A stretch of DNA of 64,000 nucleotides from Candidatus Poseidoniia archaeon. GTDB lineage: Archaea; Thermoplasmatota; Poseidoniia; MGIII; CG-Epi1. Of this stretch, positions 9,315 to 19,882 are shown in pieces. The position numbers and the translations under genes were made by a program. Under the pieces are notes generated by a model, which was not told the origin of the DNA, made no database searches, and saw nothing but the letters and a program-made list of their open reading frames with translations. Numbering within the stretch: position 1 is the first letter of the stretch; each line of letters starts with the position of its first letter. Location of the stretch: positions 15,442 to 79,441 of the forward strand of contig JASMLC010000006.1 of NCBI GenBank assembly GCA_030748895.1, read 5' to 3'.

Positions 9315-10842
9315 GATGAAACCGAAACACACTCTGCCGACCGCCTGCATCGCCCTGTTATTCCTGCTGCCGGCACTGGCCGGTTGCCTGGCGCCAGAGG
9401 ACAAGCGCACCTACGAGCCGGAACCGGGGCCGTTTGACTTCGACGCGCCGATTCCGGTAACGACATGGTACCACTACCCCGGGAGTGTAAGCAGCCCGCA
9501 GGCAATTGATGCGACAAATCCGGCAGCGGTCGCGGCGGCGAATATTACCGCCAACCTGACGGGCGACAGCACGCCCTTTTTCACGAACGCAACCTACTAC
9601 GGCACTGGCTTCGACACCTTCGAGCCGACCATCGGGATTACATCCTCAGGAGCCATTTTCTTCACCAGCTGGAACGGAGCGGGCGACGGCACGCACATCA
9701 TCCGCTCGCTCGACCAAGGACAAACCTGGGAGGACGTTGGACCTTTCCTGGGTGGAGGTGATGATGGTCCGGGACAAACGGCAAACTCCAATGACCCCTA
9801 TATCTATGTTGATAAGTTCACTGACAAACTTGTCAAATTCGACATGCATGCGCTTACCGTAATCAACGTTGAATATTCAACTAATGACGGTCAGACATGG
9901 AGTACGCCTTTCCCAACTCATGGATATGCTGTCCCTCAAGACCATCAGAGTATTGCCTCGATGCCACACTCCAATGCAATTTCAGGAGAGGTAGTCTACG
10001 TTTACTGCATTAATACTGGATCACCTGCAGCTGGGCCTCAATGTTCCCGTTCTATAGATGGTGGACACACATGGGATGCGCAGAGAATAGGTTATCCGTT
10101 AGGGACCTCTCAGTGTTCTGGCCTCCATGGTCATGTTGCAGGCGGGGCTGATGGAGCAGTTTACCGGGGCAACCCTTCCTGCGCAGGCCCTGCAGTCTAC
10201 CGCTCGCTGGATGGCGGGTCCATATGGAGCGAGCACACCATCACAGAGGATGTTGGGATGCAGGATGGATGGCACGCTCACGAAGTTGCCACAGCTGTAG
10301 ACGACGAGGGGAATGTTCACGCTACATGGATTGGTAATGACTTGTTTCCATGGTACGCTTATTCCCGGGATCAGGGAGGTACATGGAGCGACCCGATGAT
10401 GGTTGCAGCCCCGGGTGTCAAAGAAACTGGTTTTCCGACAATATTCGCAGGTTCTGAAGGGCGTGTAGTCGTCGGTTATATTGGTGAAATTAACGACATT
10501 GAGACCAATGCCTCGAACAGCGGTTGGTCTGGTTATATGGCAATTATGACTGACGCCTTCGCCGAGCACCCTCTAATCACGAGTGTAGCTGTGAACCACC
10601 CTGATGATCCTCTGGACATAACCTCTGACTGCGGCAACGTTCGCTGTGGTGGTTTCGGAGATTTCATTGATGTCGAGATTGATGACGAAGGGCGACCATG
10701 GATTGCCCTTGCGCATAATGCCGCGGGTTTCGAGGAAGCTGTTATTGGGACTCTAATGGAAGGCCCAACCCTTTACGGCGATGAAATCACCGACCTGCCT
10801 GTCTTGCCGGTAGGCGGCAGTTCAACCCTCAAAATGGGATAG
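9315..10842 (+). CDS. BNR/Asp-box repeat lipoprotein (secreted, sialidase-like beta-propeller repeats)
   Basis: Track ORF begins at 9256 inside tRNA-Val. Real start is MKPKHTLPTACIALLFLLPALAGCLAPED (signal peptide plus LAGC lipobox). Multiple SxDxGxTW repeats (SLDQGQTW, STNDGQTW, SIDGGHTW, SLDGGSIW, SRDQGGTW). Confidence 0.7.
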
Positions 10843-10927
10843 GGGTCACCTGATATCAATTAGCATAAAAACATCCATGCAAAGCACGTTGTGAAACCTT
10901 AAAGCCCCGGAACTCTCATACACCAGC

Positions 10928-12394
10928 ATGCAGCAGAAGGCCGTCGCCGTAGTGTTCCTGTTCGTCTTCTCTAGCTTGGCGGGCTGCCTTGGTCCAGAGG
11001 ACAACAGGACCAAAATAGATGAACAACTACCTTTTGGTTTTGCTTCACCTGTTCCAGGTACAACTTTCTATCATTTTGATGGCGCACGCAATGCTACTGA
11101 TTTCTATGAGATAAATGGTACGTTAGTTCTTTACGGAAACAACATTCCCATTTTCAGTGAAGGAACTTATTATGCAATCGGAACAACTACTTTCGAGCCT
11201 ACAATAGGTGTTACACAGGCTGGGAATGTATATATGACCAGTTGGGGAACAGGAGATGGTGGTTCTACGGCCATAATCAAGTGCGAAGGGATGCTTGAAA
11301 TGAATTCCATCACTGAATATTCCTGCGCAGACAGTGGTCCCGGTGTTGTACCGAACAGCAATGACCCGTACCTGTACGTTGATTTGTGGAATGACAGATT
11401 GATGAAGTTCGATATGCATGCTCTTGCTGTTATGACAGTTCAGTATTCGGATAATGAGGCTGCAACTTGGTCTCCCCCCACAGAAGCAACTTCTCCTTAT
11501 GCCATTCAGGATCACCAGACGATAGCATCTTCTCCTTACCAGGATTCTCTTTTGTCAATCCATGATACAACCTTTGTCTACTGCGTTAACACTCAATTTC
11601 CTCACCCACTCTGCTCAACGAGTTTTGATGGTGGTAATCTGTGGACGCCAGAAGTCTCAGGTGCTCCAACAGATTGTGATAGTGGTGGACTAACAGGTCA
11701 TATAATTGGATCCAACAACGGTAATTTTTATAGAGGGAATAGAGGCTGTAATGGTGGTGAAGGATATTCAATATACAGGAGCACAGATGGAGGTATGTCC
11801 TGGACGGAACATCCACTTCCAACAGAAACTACTGGAACTGCAGAAACTTGGAATTTTGAGGAAGCTCAAGTAGCAGCCGATTCTGAAGACAACGTCCATG
11901 CTATGTGGATGGGGTTTGACAATATGCCATATTATTCATATTCTCACGATGAAGGAGGAACGTGGAGCAACCCAATTATGGTTGCACCCCCTGGTGTCAA
12001 TGGGACTGGATTTCCTGCAATCGCGGCCGGTTCCGAAGGAAGGGTGGCAATGGGTTACATCGGCACAACTAACGGTGGATTGACTTGGAATGGATATATG
12101 ACTGTAATAACAGATTCATTCAATGAAAATCCGTTGCTGACCACAGTAGTTGTAAACCTACCCGACGACCCGCTCGAGAACGCCAAGGAAGACTGCGGAT
12201 ACGACCGCTGCGGCGGCTTTGGAGATTTTATAGACATCGTCGTGGGTTCGGATGGCCGTCCGTGGCTCGGACTAGCACATAATCCTGCCGGTGAAATAGG
12301 TATTTTCGGGACGTTCGCGGAAGGGCCGTCGCTGCGCGGCGATACGGCAGCGGCGCTGACAACGCTGCCGCTGGGCGGGCCGGGAACGTTGTAA
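10928..12394 (+). CDS. BNR/Asp-box repeat lipoprotein, paralog of 9315..10842
   Basis: MQQKAVAVVFLFVFSSLAGCLGPED signal plus lipobox. Collinear similarity to the upstream gene (TFEPTIG, NSNDPY.YVD, KFDMHAL, GFP.I.AGSEGRV, CG..RCGGFGDFID). Lower GC than flanks. Confidence 0.7.
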   Translation: MQQKAVAVVFLFVFSSLAGCLGPEDNRTKIDEQLPFGFASPVPGTTFYHFDGARNATDFYEINGTLVLYGNNIPIFSEGTYYAIGTTTFEPTIGVTQAGNVYMTSWGTGDGGSTAIIKCEGMLEMNSITEYSCADSGPGVVPNSNDPYLYVDLWNDRLMKFDMHALAVMTVQYSDNEAATWSPPTEATSPYAIQDHQTIASSPYQDSLLSIHDTTFVYCVNTQFPHPLCSTSFDGGNLWTPEVSGAPTDCDSGGLTGHIIGSNNGNFYRGNRGCNGGEGYSIYRSTDGGMSWTEHPLPTETTGTAETWNFEEAQVAADSEDNVHAMWMGFDNMPYYSYSHDEGGTWSNPIMVAPPGVNGTGFPAIAAGSEGRVAMGYIGTTNGGLTWNGYMTVITDSFNENPLLTTVVVNLPDDPLENAKEDCGYDRCGGFGDFIDIVVGSDGRPWLGLAHNPAGEIGIFGTFAEGPSLRGDTAAALTTLPLGGPGTL

Positions 12395-12408
12395 TGATTG
12401 TTAATAAT

Positions 12409-12962
12409 TTATTCCAATATTTCCCAACCATAAACCGTAGCTTGTTGATGGACGGGATGAATTAAATCAGTAACAGTTTTTGAAAATTTCTCACTTAGTC
12501 TAATCTCAAGTTCTTCCGAAGCTATTAGCTCAAATGAATCAAAGAGGATTGACAAGTCAAATCTGGGTTCGGAATGTTCATATGTAAACACAACCACTCC
12601 CTTTCTTTCCGAAAAATCTGAATTTAGTAGGCTTATGCAATCCCCCAGCACACTAACATTTCCCGCATAGGGATGCATCATATTTTCCGACCAGTGTTCA
12701 GCAGGTTTGCCGTTATCGCCAAATGGCCTGACAATCTTGAATTCTAGTGCCCATTTTTCAGGGATTAACAAGTCCGGATGTCTCTTCGTCTTTGCTCCGG
12801 CAAAATAATCAATATAATGCTCTTTCAGGTATTGAAGGGATTTAATCACCAGCTGAGTTTCTGCGTAAGGCCCCACTCCCGGTTTGTAATTCTTAAATGG
12901 AATTCCAGAACGGTCAATATGTCTCAGTGCTTCAGCAAAATAATTAACTAATTTATCCATAT
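12409..12962 (-). CDS. PD-(D/E)xK nuclease-fold protein (hypothetical), AT-rich
   Basis: Track ORF 12409..13008. Likely start MDKLVNYF (ATG about 12962, 3 nt after the aspS stop). Contains HPDLLIPEKWALEFKIV, a classic PD...ExK arrangement. Strongly AT-rich relative to neighbours. Confidence 0.45.
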
Positions 12963-12965
12963 ATT

Positions 12966-14252
12966 CTAGGGCGTCAGCCGGTTCCGGTCCCGCGGGAAGA
13001 GCACGCACTCGCGCACGTTCTGCGCGCCGCTGAAGACCATCGCCAGACGGTCGAGGCCCAGCCCCCAGCCGCCGTGCGGCGGCATCCCGTAGCGGAACGG
13101 CTCGAGGTAATGCCCAAACTCGGCGGGGTCGAGCCCCTGCTCGCGCAGGCGCTGCTCGAGCTGCGCGACGTCGTGGACGCGTTGGCCGCCGGAGGTCATC
13201 TCGACCTCGCGGAACATGAAATCGAACCCCTTGCTGTGCTTCTCGCCTTCAGACTGGATGTAGAACGGCTTTAGCGCGAGCGGCCACTTGGTGATGAAGT
13301 AGAAACCGCCATATTGCTCGGCGATGACGCGCGTCGCTTCCATCGAAAGGTCATCACCCCAGGCGATATCGGCCTTCACGCTCGCGATATCTATCGCCTC
13401 GTCGTAAGTGATGCGCGGGAGCGGAAGTTCGACCGCGAGCGGAGCCATTTCCAGCGCGGCGAGCGCCTCTGCTTCCTGCGCCACCGCTTCAGCACAGCTG
13501 GCGACCAGCCGTTCCATAACTCCCATCACGTCATCGTCGTCGGCCCACGACATTTCGATATCAATCGAGATAAACTCGTTCAGGTGGCGCGGAGTGTTGT
13601 GCTCCTCGGCGCGGAACGCGGGACCGATCTCGTAAACCCGGTCGAGCCCGCCCGACATCAACACTTGCTTGTAGAGCTGCGGCGATTGCGCCAAGTACGC
13701 TTTGCGGTCGAAATACTGCACCGGGAAGAGCGCGGTGCCGCCCTCAGTGGCCGAGGCGATAATCTTTGGCGTCTGCACCTCCAGGAAGCCTTCGCGCCGC
13801 AGGTGGTCGTGCACAGCGCCCAAGATGGCGGCGCGGATGCGGAAGAATGCCGCGACTTCAGGCCGCCGCAGATCCAGGTAGCGTGCGTTGAGCCGCGTCT
13901 CAATTTCACTCTCGATGCGGTCCACTACGCCGAGAGGTAGTGGGGTCGCGGCAGCGTTGAGCACCTCCAGTTCTGTGGGCACCAGTTCGAGGCCGTTCGG
14001 GGCTTCCTGATTAGCCTTTACTGTGCCAGTAACGCGCAGTGTTGATTCACGCGCGATGGCAGTCCACACCTTGAAATTGTCCTCGCCCACTTTCTTCTTC
14101 GGTAATGTCAACTGTGTTATACCTGTGGAGTCACGCAACTGCAGGAAGGCGATGCCGCCCAGGTTGCGCGTCTCCTGTAGCCAGCCGCAGAGCGTCTGCT
14201 CGCTGCCGTCGTCCGCTTCGGACAATTCACCACAACGTCGTGTCTGTAACAT
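12966..14252 (-). CDS. aspS: aspartate--tRNA ligase (archaeal type, discriminating or non-discriminating undetermined)
   Basis: 428 aa; class IIb aaRS motifs (FRAEE, GGWGLGLDRL), N-terminal anticodon-binding OB fold. Confidence 0.9.
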   Translation of the reverse strand: MLQTRRCGELSEADDGSEQTLCGWLQETRNLGGIAFLQLRDSTGITQLTLPKKKVGEDNFKVWTAIARESTLRVTGTVKANQEAPNGLELVPTELEVLNAAATPLPLGVVDRIESEIETRLNARYLDLRRPEVAAFFRIRAAILGAVHDHLRREGFLEVQTPKIIASATEGGTALFPVQYFDRKAYLAQSPQLYKQVLMSGGLDRVYEIGPAFRAEEHNTPRHLNEFISIDIEMSWADDDDVMGVMERLVASCAEAVAQEAEALAALEMAPLAVELPLPRITYDEAIDIASVKADIAWGDDLSMEATRVIAEQYGGFYFITKWPLALKPFYIQSEGEKHSKGFDFMFREVEMTSGGQRVHDVAQLEQRLREQGLDPAEFGHYLEPFRYGMPPHGGWGLGLDRLAMVFSGAQNVRECVLFPRDRNRLTP

Positions 14253-15364
14253 CAGTTAAGAGGATACCTCAGGATTGCAGCCAGCCCACCAAAGGCGTTG
14301 CGCAGGCCTGCCCCCTCCTCGGTGTCGGTGGATATGAGGTTCACGGTGCTGCGCGAATTCTCGGCAAGCTCTACCATTTCCCTCACTAGCCCCTTTTCGC
14401 GGTCGGTCTCAAGTTCTTCGGAAATTAACAGCTGGTCGACTGCTCCGCGCTTGAGCGCATCGCGCACTTGTGTTTCTCCGTAGGTCGCCAGTCCACCCCG
14501 GGAAGTCATGACTTCCTTCATGAATCGCTCCATCAACACCTTTTCCTGAACCAGTTGTACTTCCTGCAATCGTCCGGAAGCATTGGTAACCAGTTCGCGC
14601 AGCCCTGCCTCTTCTGTATAGCCCGTGTCAAAGCTGTCCAGGATTTTATCTCGCAATTCATAGTGGAGATATTCTTTTGTAATGAAAAAATCCTTGGTCG
14701 CGCCCGGCCCACCAATCAGCAATGCCTCAATTCCGTGGGGGTCAAAACAATCTTCGGCGCTGCCAGCCACACGCTTATACCACTCATGAGCCGCCTCTTC
14801 GATAAGCCGCTCAAAACGACGGCGTGACTGCCCTCCCTTGCCATGCTTGGAAGGCACCTGGGAAAACATGTGCTTCAGCACCTTGATACGCGAGCCGCGC
14901 AGCATTCCCAGCGTCGCCTCGGAACGGTCAATCACCAGCAATGCATACTGTTCCTTGATTTCCTGTAGCTGCTCCAGCGGCTCCAGAAAGAAGCGGTTAT
15001 CGCAGCGGTAGAGGAACGCTCCCACAGGTTCGGGAGGTATGACAACCTCCTGAGTCATTTCGGTCTGGTTAGCGCCCTTGGAAATATGTCCCACGAAGAA
15101 TATCATGCCGTTTTCGGGTGGTGTCTTGAACGCTTTCAGCCGCGACATGATCGATTCAATCGCAGCACTGACGTTCTTGCGCGTTGATTTGGACTTGATG
15201 TTGGCCGATTGCGAAGCTTCATTGCGCAGGTAAGCCATGACTTCGTGAATCTTGCGTTCGGGAGGAATGTAGAGCGATATTAGTTCTGTAGCGCGTCCGC
15301 TGAACTGCCCGAGTCGCTCAAGCTGCTGGCTGAATTCATAACGCGCGAGGCTGTCACCTGCCAT
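14252..15364 (-). CDS. prf1: peptide chain release factor aRF1
   Basis: 370 aa; NIKS motif (SANIKSKSTRKNV) and GGQ motif (HGKGGQSRRRF). Confidence 0.9.
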   Translation of the reverse strand: MAGDSLARYEFSQQLERLGQFSGRATELISLYIPPERKIHEVMAYLRNEASQSANIKSKSTRKNVSAAIESIMSRLKAFKTPPENGMIFFVGHISKGANQTEMTQEVVIPPEPVGAFLYRCDNRFFLEPLEQLQEIKEQYALLVIDRSEATLGMLRGSRIKVLKHMFSQVPSKHGKGGQSRRRFERLIEEAAHEWYKRVAGSAEDCFDPHGIEALLIGGPGATKDFFITKEYLHYELRDKILDSFDTGYTEEAGLRELVTNASGRLQEVQLVQEKVLMERFMKEVMTSRGGLATYGETQVRDALKRGAVDQLLISEELETDREKGLVREMVELAENSRSTVNLISTDTEEGAGLRNAFGGLAAILRYPLN

Positions 15365-15405
15365 CGGCCGCGCAAAGAAGGCTCGTTAAAAGCGAAGTCC
15401 CGCAA

Positions 15406-16158
15406 TCAGAGAATCTGTTCGAGGAACAGCTTGGTGCGTTTGTGCTGCGGATTGTTGAAAAACTTCTCCGGAGTCGCAGCCTCGACCAGTTCTCCCTCGT
15501 CGAACAGGATGGCCCGGTCGGCCACTTCCTTGGCGAAGCCCATTTCATGGGTCACGACAATCATGGTTATGTCGCGCTTCGCGAGGTCAATCATCACGTC
15601 CAGCACTTCCTTGATCATTTCGGGGTCGAGCGCAGATGTGGGCTCGTCGAACAGCATGATCTTCGGGTCCATCGCCAGCGCGCGCGCAATCGCGACACGC
15701 TGCTGTTGACCGCCCGAAAGCGCCGAAGGATACTTGTGCGCCTGCTCAGGGATACCGACCCGTTCGAGCAGCTTCAGGGCGCCTGCTTCGGCTTCCTGCT
15801 TTGATTCTGCCTTGACTTTCATCGGGGCCATGGTGATGTTTTCCATGATAGTCAGGTGCGGGAACAGATTGAACTGCTGGAAGACGAACCCTATTTCTGA
15901 ACGGATATATTTCAGGTCAGCCACGCTGGTCTCGTCATCGATTGTGATGCCATCGACCGTAACTGTTCCGGCGCTGTGCGGCTGCAGCCGGTTCAGTGTG
16001 CGGATAAATGTGGATTTTCCGGAGCCGGAAGGCCCCATGATAACCACGATTTCACCCCTTCCTATTTCCATCGTAATTCCTTTGAGGGCCCAGAAATCTC
16101 CGAAGTTGACTTTCACGCCCTCAGTCCTGATGATTTTTTCCTTGTTTTGTTCACTCAT
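15406..16158 (-). CDS. amino-acid ABC transporter ATP-binding protein
   Basis: 250 aa; Walker [13 protein letters not shown] signature [15 protein letters not shown], Walker [12 protein letters not shown]; GlnQ/AapP-like. Confidence 0.85.
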   Translation of the reverse strand: MSEQNKEKIIRTEGVKVNFGDFWALKGITMEIGRGEIVVIMGPSGSGKSTFIRTLNRLQPHSAGTVTVDGITIDDETSVADLKYIRSEIGFVFQQFNLFPHLTIMENITMAPMKVKAESKQEAEAGALKLLERVGIPEQAHKYPSALSGGQQQRVAIARALAMDPKIMLFDEPTSALDPEMIKEVLDVMIDLAKRDITMIVVTHEMGFAKEVADRAILFDEGELVEAATPEKFFNNPQHKRTKLFLEQIL

Positions 16159-17702
16159 GTAGCCTCACCTCCGCCTTCCTTGACAAGTCCGAGTTTCGCC
16201 TCGATACGACGCGAAATCCGGGACATGTAGAATGCAAAGACCCAGAAAATAAAGCCAGCAAAGAACAGCGGCTCCCTGTAATCGCCCAGGAATTCCTTGT
16301 CGGTACTGGCAAGGACCTTGGCCACATTGAAAAAGTCGAGGACGCCCACGAGGTATACTAGTGTAGTATCCTTCCAGAGGCCGATAAAAATACTGACGAT
16401 GGCAGGTAGGGTTGTCCGTATTGCGCTGGGTAGTTCGACATACAGTTTTGTTTGCATCGGGCTCAAGCCCAGTGCAATGGCTGCCTCTATCTGGCCGTGT
16501 GGGACTGCCTGAAGCCCACCACGCAGTACTTCGGCCATATAGCATCCACCAAACAGCGAGATAATTATGATAGTTCGCATAACCGAATCGGCCTCATAAA
16601 TTGGGCGAATTATATCTGGAACCAGGAAGAAAGCGATGAACAGCCACGCCACTAGTGGACCAGACCTTACGATCTCGATAATTCCCACGGAAGGCCATTT
16701 GAAGAATGGGAGCTCACTTCGCCTCCCAAAGGCGAGCAAGACCGCAATCCCGGAACCGATTACGCAAGCTGCGACAGAGAATATCAGGTTGATAAACAGC
16801 CCACCCCATTCGAGGGGGGCAACTCCTTCTTCCGCCACAAAATGGTGGCCAAAAAGGTTGAAATCAATCAATCCTGCCTCGACTAGCCGGTCCGGTGGGT
16901 CAAGCAGGACCATAGTGAGGACAAACGTCAGCACGGAGGCAATAGCCACCCAGGAATTAATCCGGTTGACAAGGTATTCCTCAGCAGTTAGGCTGTAATA
17001 GTAAACCGCTCCGAACGATATGTAGGCACAGGCAAGTGCTCCGCCGAATAGCAACAGCGTGGCTCCGGGGTTGTAATTGATGTGGTTCGGGTTCCAGATA
17101 GCAAACAGGCAAATCAGGGAAAACAGGCTGAATGGTATCAGGAACTTGCCGGCTCTTTCCTTGATTGTTCCGTAAGTGGCCCCAATCAGGATTGCAACCA
17201 GATAGATAGTGGGCCACAACCTCCAGGTCTCGTTGGCTATGTGTGGTTGCGTAACGCCACTGGTGAAGAAGGGGCCGATGGCAAGGTTGACACGGTTGGC
17301 CCATACGACGTCCCAGTTAGCCTCAATAAGTATGAAACCTCCGAATTTTTTTACGATACTTAGAATCAATAGTGATGAAATAATGCTCAGGATTGCGGTC
17401 GTAGGATTTTTCTTGAAGGTCGCCTGCAGGAGTACGGTCGAAATGACCCAGGTTGCGAATAGGGCAGCTAGTGCTACGAGGACAGTATAGAGTATAATTC
17501 GTGCAAAACCTGCACCTGAGCTTCCAGTTTCACCGAGTACATCCACAAAAGTAAAAACTCCAAGGATAATTGCAAGTGCTAGTGAACTGCGGGATGCTCC
17601 TGACTTCCATTCGGGTGTCACCCAGTCTGCTGGTTTTCCAGTGATATTCTCATTAAAATTACGAAGGTCTGCAAACATTTTGCTTGTCCATGCCCAGTTC
17701 AT
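16155..17702 (-). CDS. amino-acid ABC transporter permease (AapM/YhdY-like, extended N-terminus)
   Basis: 515 aa polytopic membrane protein with the EAA-like loop of the His/Gln permease family ([12 protein letters not shown]). 4-nt overlaps with neighbours. Confidence 0.75.
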   Translation of the reverse strand: MNWAWTSKMFADLRNFNENITGKPADWVTPEWKSGASRSSLALAIILGVFTFVDVLGETGSSGAGFARIILYTVLVALAALFATWVISTVLLQATFKKNPTTAILSIISSLLILSIVKKFGGFILIEANWDVVWANRVNLAIGPFFTSGVTQPHIANETWRLWPTIYLVAILIGATYGTIKERAGKFLIPFSLFSLICLFAIWNPNHINYNPGATLLLFGGALACAYISFGAVYYYSLTAEEYLVNRINSWVAIASVLTFVLTMVLLDPPDRLVEAGLIDFNLFGHHFVAEEGVAPLEWGGLFINLIFSVAACVIGSGIAVLLAFGRRSELPFFKWPSVGIIEIVRSGPLVAWLFIAFFLVPDIIRPIYEADSVMRTIIIISLFGGCYMAEVLRGGLQAVPHGQIEAAIALGLSPMQTKLYVELPSAIRTTLPAIVSIFIGLWKDTTLVYLVGVLDFFNVAKVLASTDKEFLGDYREPLFFAGFIFWVFAFYMSRISRRIEAKLGLVKEGGGEAT

Positions 17703-19789
17703 ATCTTCACCTGCGTTACGCGGCTATTGTAGAAGTTCATGATACTTGAGATTAACAGGCTCCCGACCTGATAGGTAACCAGCAGAAGCAGGAAGCTCGG
17801 AACGGCCTTACCGACCTTGTTCACGATCACCAGATTTACATAGAAAAAATCGTTGTAGGCCACGATGAGTGCCAAACTCGAATTTTTCCAAACATTCATG
17901 TACTGGTTGTTCAGCGAAGGAATCATGCTCCGGAGAGCTTGGGGGATTATCACCAATCGCAGTCGCTGGACAGGATTCAGCCCGAGGGCAATTGCAGCTT
18001 CAACCTGCCCATACGGAAGTGACTGGATGCTCCCCCGCACTATCTCGGCTACGTGTGAGCTAGTGTATAGAGTAAGCCCGGCCACTATAGCAATGAATGC
18101 GGGCGATATCTCGAAGCCCCCCTCCATCCGCCAGCTTCCCGGCTGATCGGATGGTTTCAGGTAGCTGGGATAGTCAATACCGCTCGAAACCGCGACAGCA
18201 ACAGCCACGACGATAGCCAGGAACCAGAGGATAATTCGTCGCCTGACACCTTTCTCGGAATCGTCAACTCCATTCCAGTCTTCATAACGAGTATAGAGCC
18301 ATGTACCAATCAGCACTGCAATCGCCCACGTGAAGTTTGAAAGCTGGACTACGGGAACCCAGATACCCTGATTACTGACAAAAATAATATCCATAATATC
18401 CATCTCTTCCCTGAATTGCGGTAATGATTGTCCCATCACGCTGCTGATGACGAAGAGCAGGACTGCGAATGGAAAGTTGCGGAATATCTCGACATATACC
18501 GTTGCAAGGCCTGAAGCCAGCTTGTTGCTGGAGAGTCGCGTAACGCCTACTATGAATCCCAGGATGGTACAGAGCAACACGCTTGCCAGCACAGCCCTTA
18601 CAGCATTCACGATGCCTGCGCGATAGAATTCCCATCGGCTTGCATTAGCGATATCAATCTGGTCAGGCCAGTTACTGATGTTGAAGCCCGCCTTGGCCTG
18701 CATGAATTCTAGGGTAATATCCCAGGACTGGTCTGTCTTGAGCAGTACCATCAATCTCAGGACTAGGTAGAGGATTAGTGGAATTGCCAGGAGGAAGGCC
18801 ATAGCGGCCGCCCTCTTGGCGGCGACAGCCGGCTTTGCCATCTCCAACGCCATCAGTTTCCACCAGACCAGAACTATCACCAGCATGGTTGCAGATAGCA
18901 CAGTGGGGAAATTCTGGGTTAGGTCCGGAAGGAATACGGCGTTGAGGAATATGAAAAGGAATATGCCAATTGCAACCATGGTTGCGATTACCGATTTCCA
19001 GGCTTTCTTCCAGATATCTACTGCATCTCCGGGATTGCGTGCTGTCTTTACGATGGTTATAATCAAGGTCTTGAGCTCATTCTGTAACAGCAGGAATCCT
19101 GTAAGTATCGAACCACCAATCATCAGGAAAGGAATCTGGGACCGGGGTGACAAGTCTGCAGAAGCAGACCATAATAGGATGATATAAAACACCACGATTC
19201 CAACGAGGGTAGTGATATAATTCTCCCAGTTGCACCATGCACGATACCATGACTGGCATGCGTCCCACCAAGCGTTTGCCACGTTCACTAAGTACCCGGA
19301 TTGTGCGGTTAAAGCCATTCCGAACGCAGATAGTGCCGTTCCATAGCCAAGATATTCGACCAGTACGCTCTGTGCCAGTAGTGCGTCGTATAGCGCTAGC
19401 ACCGCGCAAATCCCGTAGCTGGCTTGTGGCAGGTTAATAGCTTTTAACGTATCGGCCAGCAGACTGAAGAATTTCTCCAGATTCAGGATATGCTTTATTT
19501 CGTTCTGGATCAGGATGAAAGCTATCAGTATTGTACCGCCGATATATTTTACGGTGGTTTCCAGAGGATAATAGGCTTCATTGGATTCCAGCCCGCTCGG
19601 AAGCTTGATAGAGCGAGCTATCTGGATTACCATTTCGGTAGTAGGTTCGAGGAAAAACAGGATGTAATTCCAGAGAAGCACTGCCGCCAGAGCCGTTAAT
19701 GCAAGACCTTTCAGGTCATTCAGGGTCGGTAGCCGCAACTGCCGCAGTAACCACCCAGTGCCGCGGCTGCCAAACGCCTTCAGCTCCAT
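17699..19789 (-). CDS. amino-acid ABC transporter permease (AapQ/YhdX-like, unusually long)
   Basis: 696 aa polytopic membrane protein; C-terminal region carries permease signature [24 protein letters not shown]. Confidence 0.75.
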   Translation of the reverse strand: MELKAFGSRGTGWLLRQLRLPTLNDLKGLALTALAAVLLWNYILFFLEPTTEMVIQIARSIKLPSGLESNEAYYPLETTVKYIGGTILIAFILIQNEIKHILNLEKFFSLLADTLKAINLPQASYGICAVLALYDALLAQSVLVEYLGYGTALSAFGMALTAQSGYLVNVANAWWDACQSWYRAWCNWENYITTLVGIVVFYIILLWSASADLSPRSQIPFLMIGGSILTGFLLLQNELKTLIITIVKTARNPGDAVDIWKKAWKSVIATMVAIGIFLFIFLNAVFLPDLTQNFPTVLSATMLVIVLVWWKLMALEMAKPAVAAKRAAAMAFLLAIPLILYLVLRLMVLLKTDQSWDITLEFMQAKAGFNISNWPDQIDIANASRWEFYRAGIVNAVRAVLASVLLCTILGFIVGVTRLSSNKLASGLATVYVEIFRNFPFAVLLFVISSVMGQSLPQFREEMDIMDIIFVSNQGIWVPVVQLSNFTWAIAVLIGTWLYTRYEDWNGVDDSEKGVRRRIILWFLAIVVAVAVAVSSGIDYPSYLKPSDQPGSWRMEGGFEISPAFIAIVAGLTLYTSSHVAEIVRGSIQSLPYGQVEAAIALGLNPVQRLRLVIIPQALRSMIPSLNNQYMNVWKNSSLALIVAYNDFFYVNLVIVNKVGKAVPSFLLLLVTYQVGSLLISSIMNFYNSRVTQVKI

Positions 19790-19821
19790 ACTAAGGCTTG
19801 CACGTCAAACCCTGCTTTAAA

Positions 19822-19839
19822 CTCGGGGGGCCCCCTGAG
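19822..19839 (-). promoter_or_regulatory. GC-rich palindromic hairpin (CTCGGGGGG/CCCCCTGAG) between SBP gene and first permease gene, followed by U-tract on the transcribed strand
   Basis: Near-perfect 18-nt palindrome in the 93-nt intercistronic gap. Typical position for a partial terminator or mRNA-stabilising stem giving SBP excess over permeases. Confidence 0.4.
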
Positions 19840-19882
19840 GATAGTACCCCAGAGGGCGTATTCCATCGTGCCTGTTCCCGAG

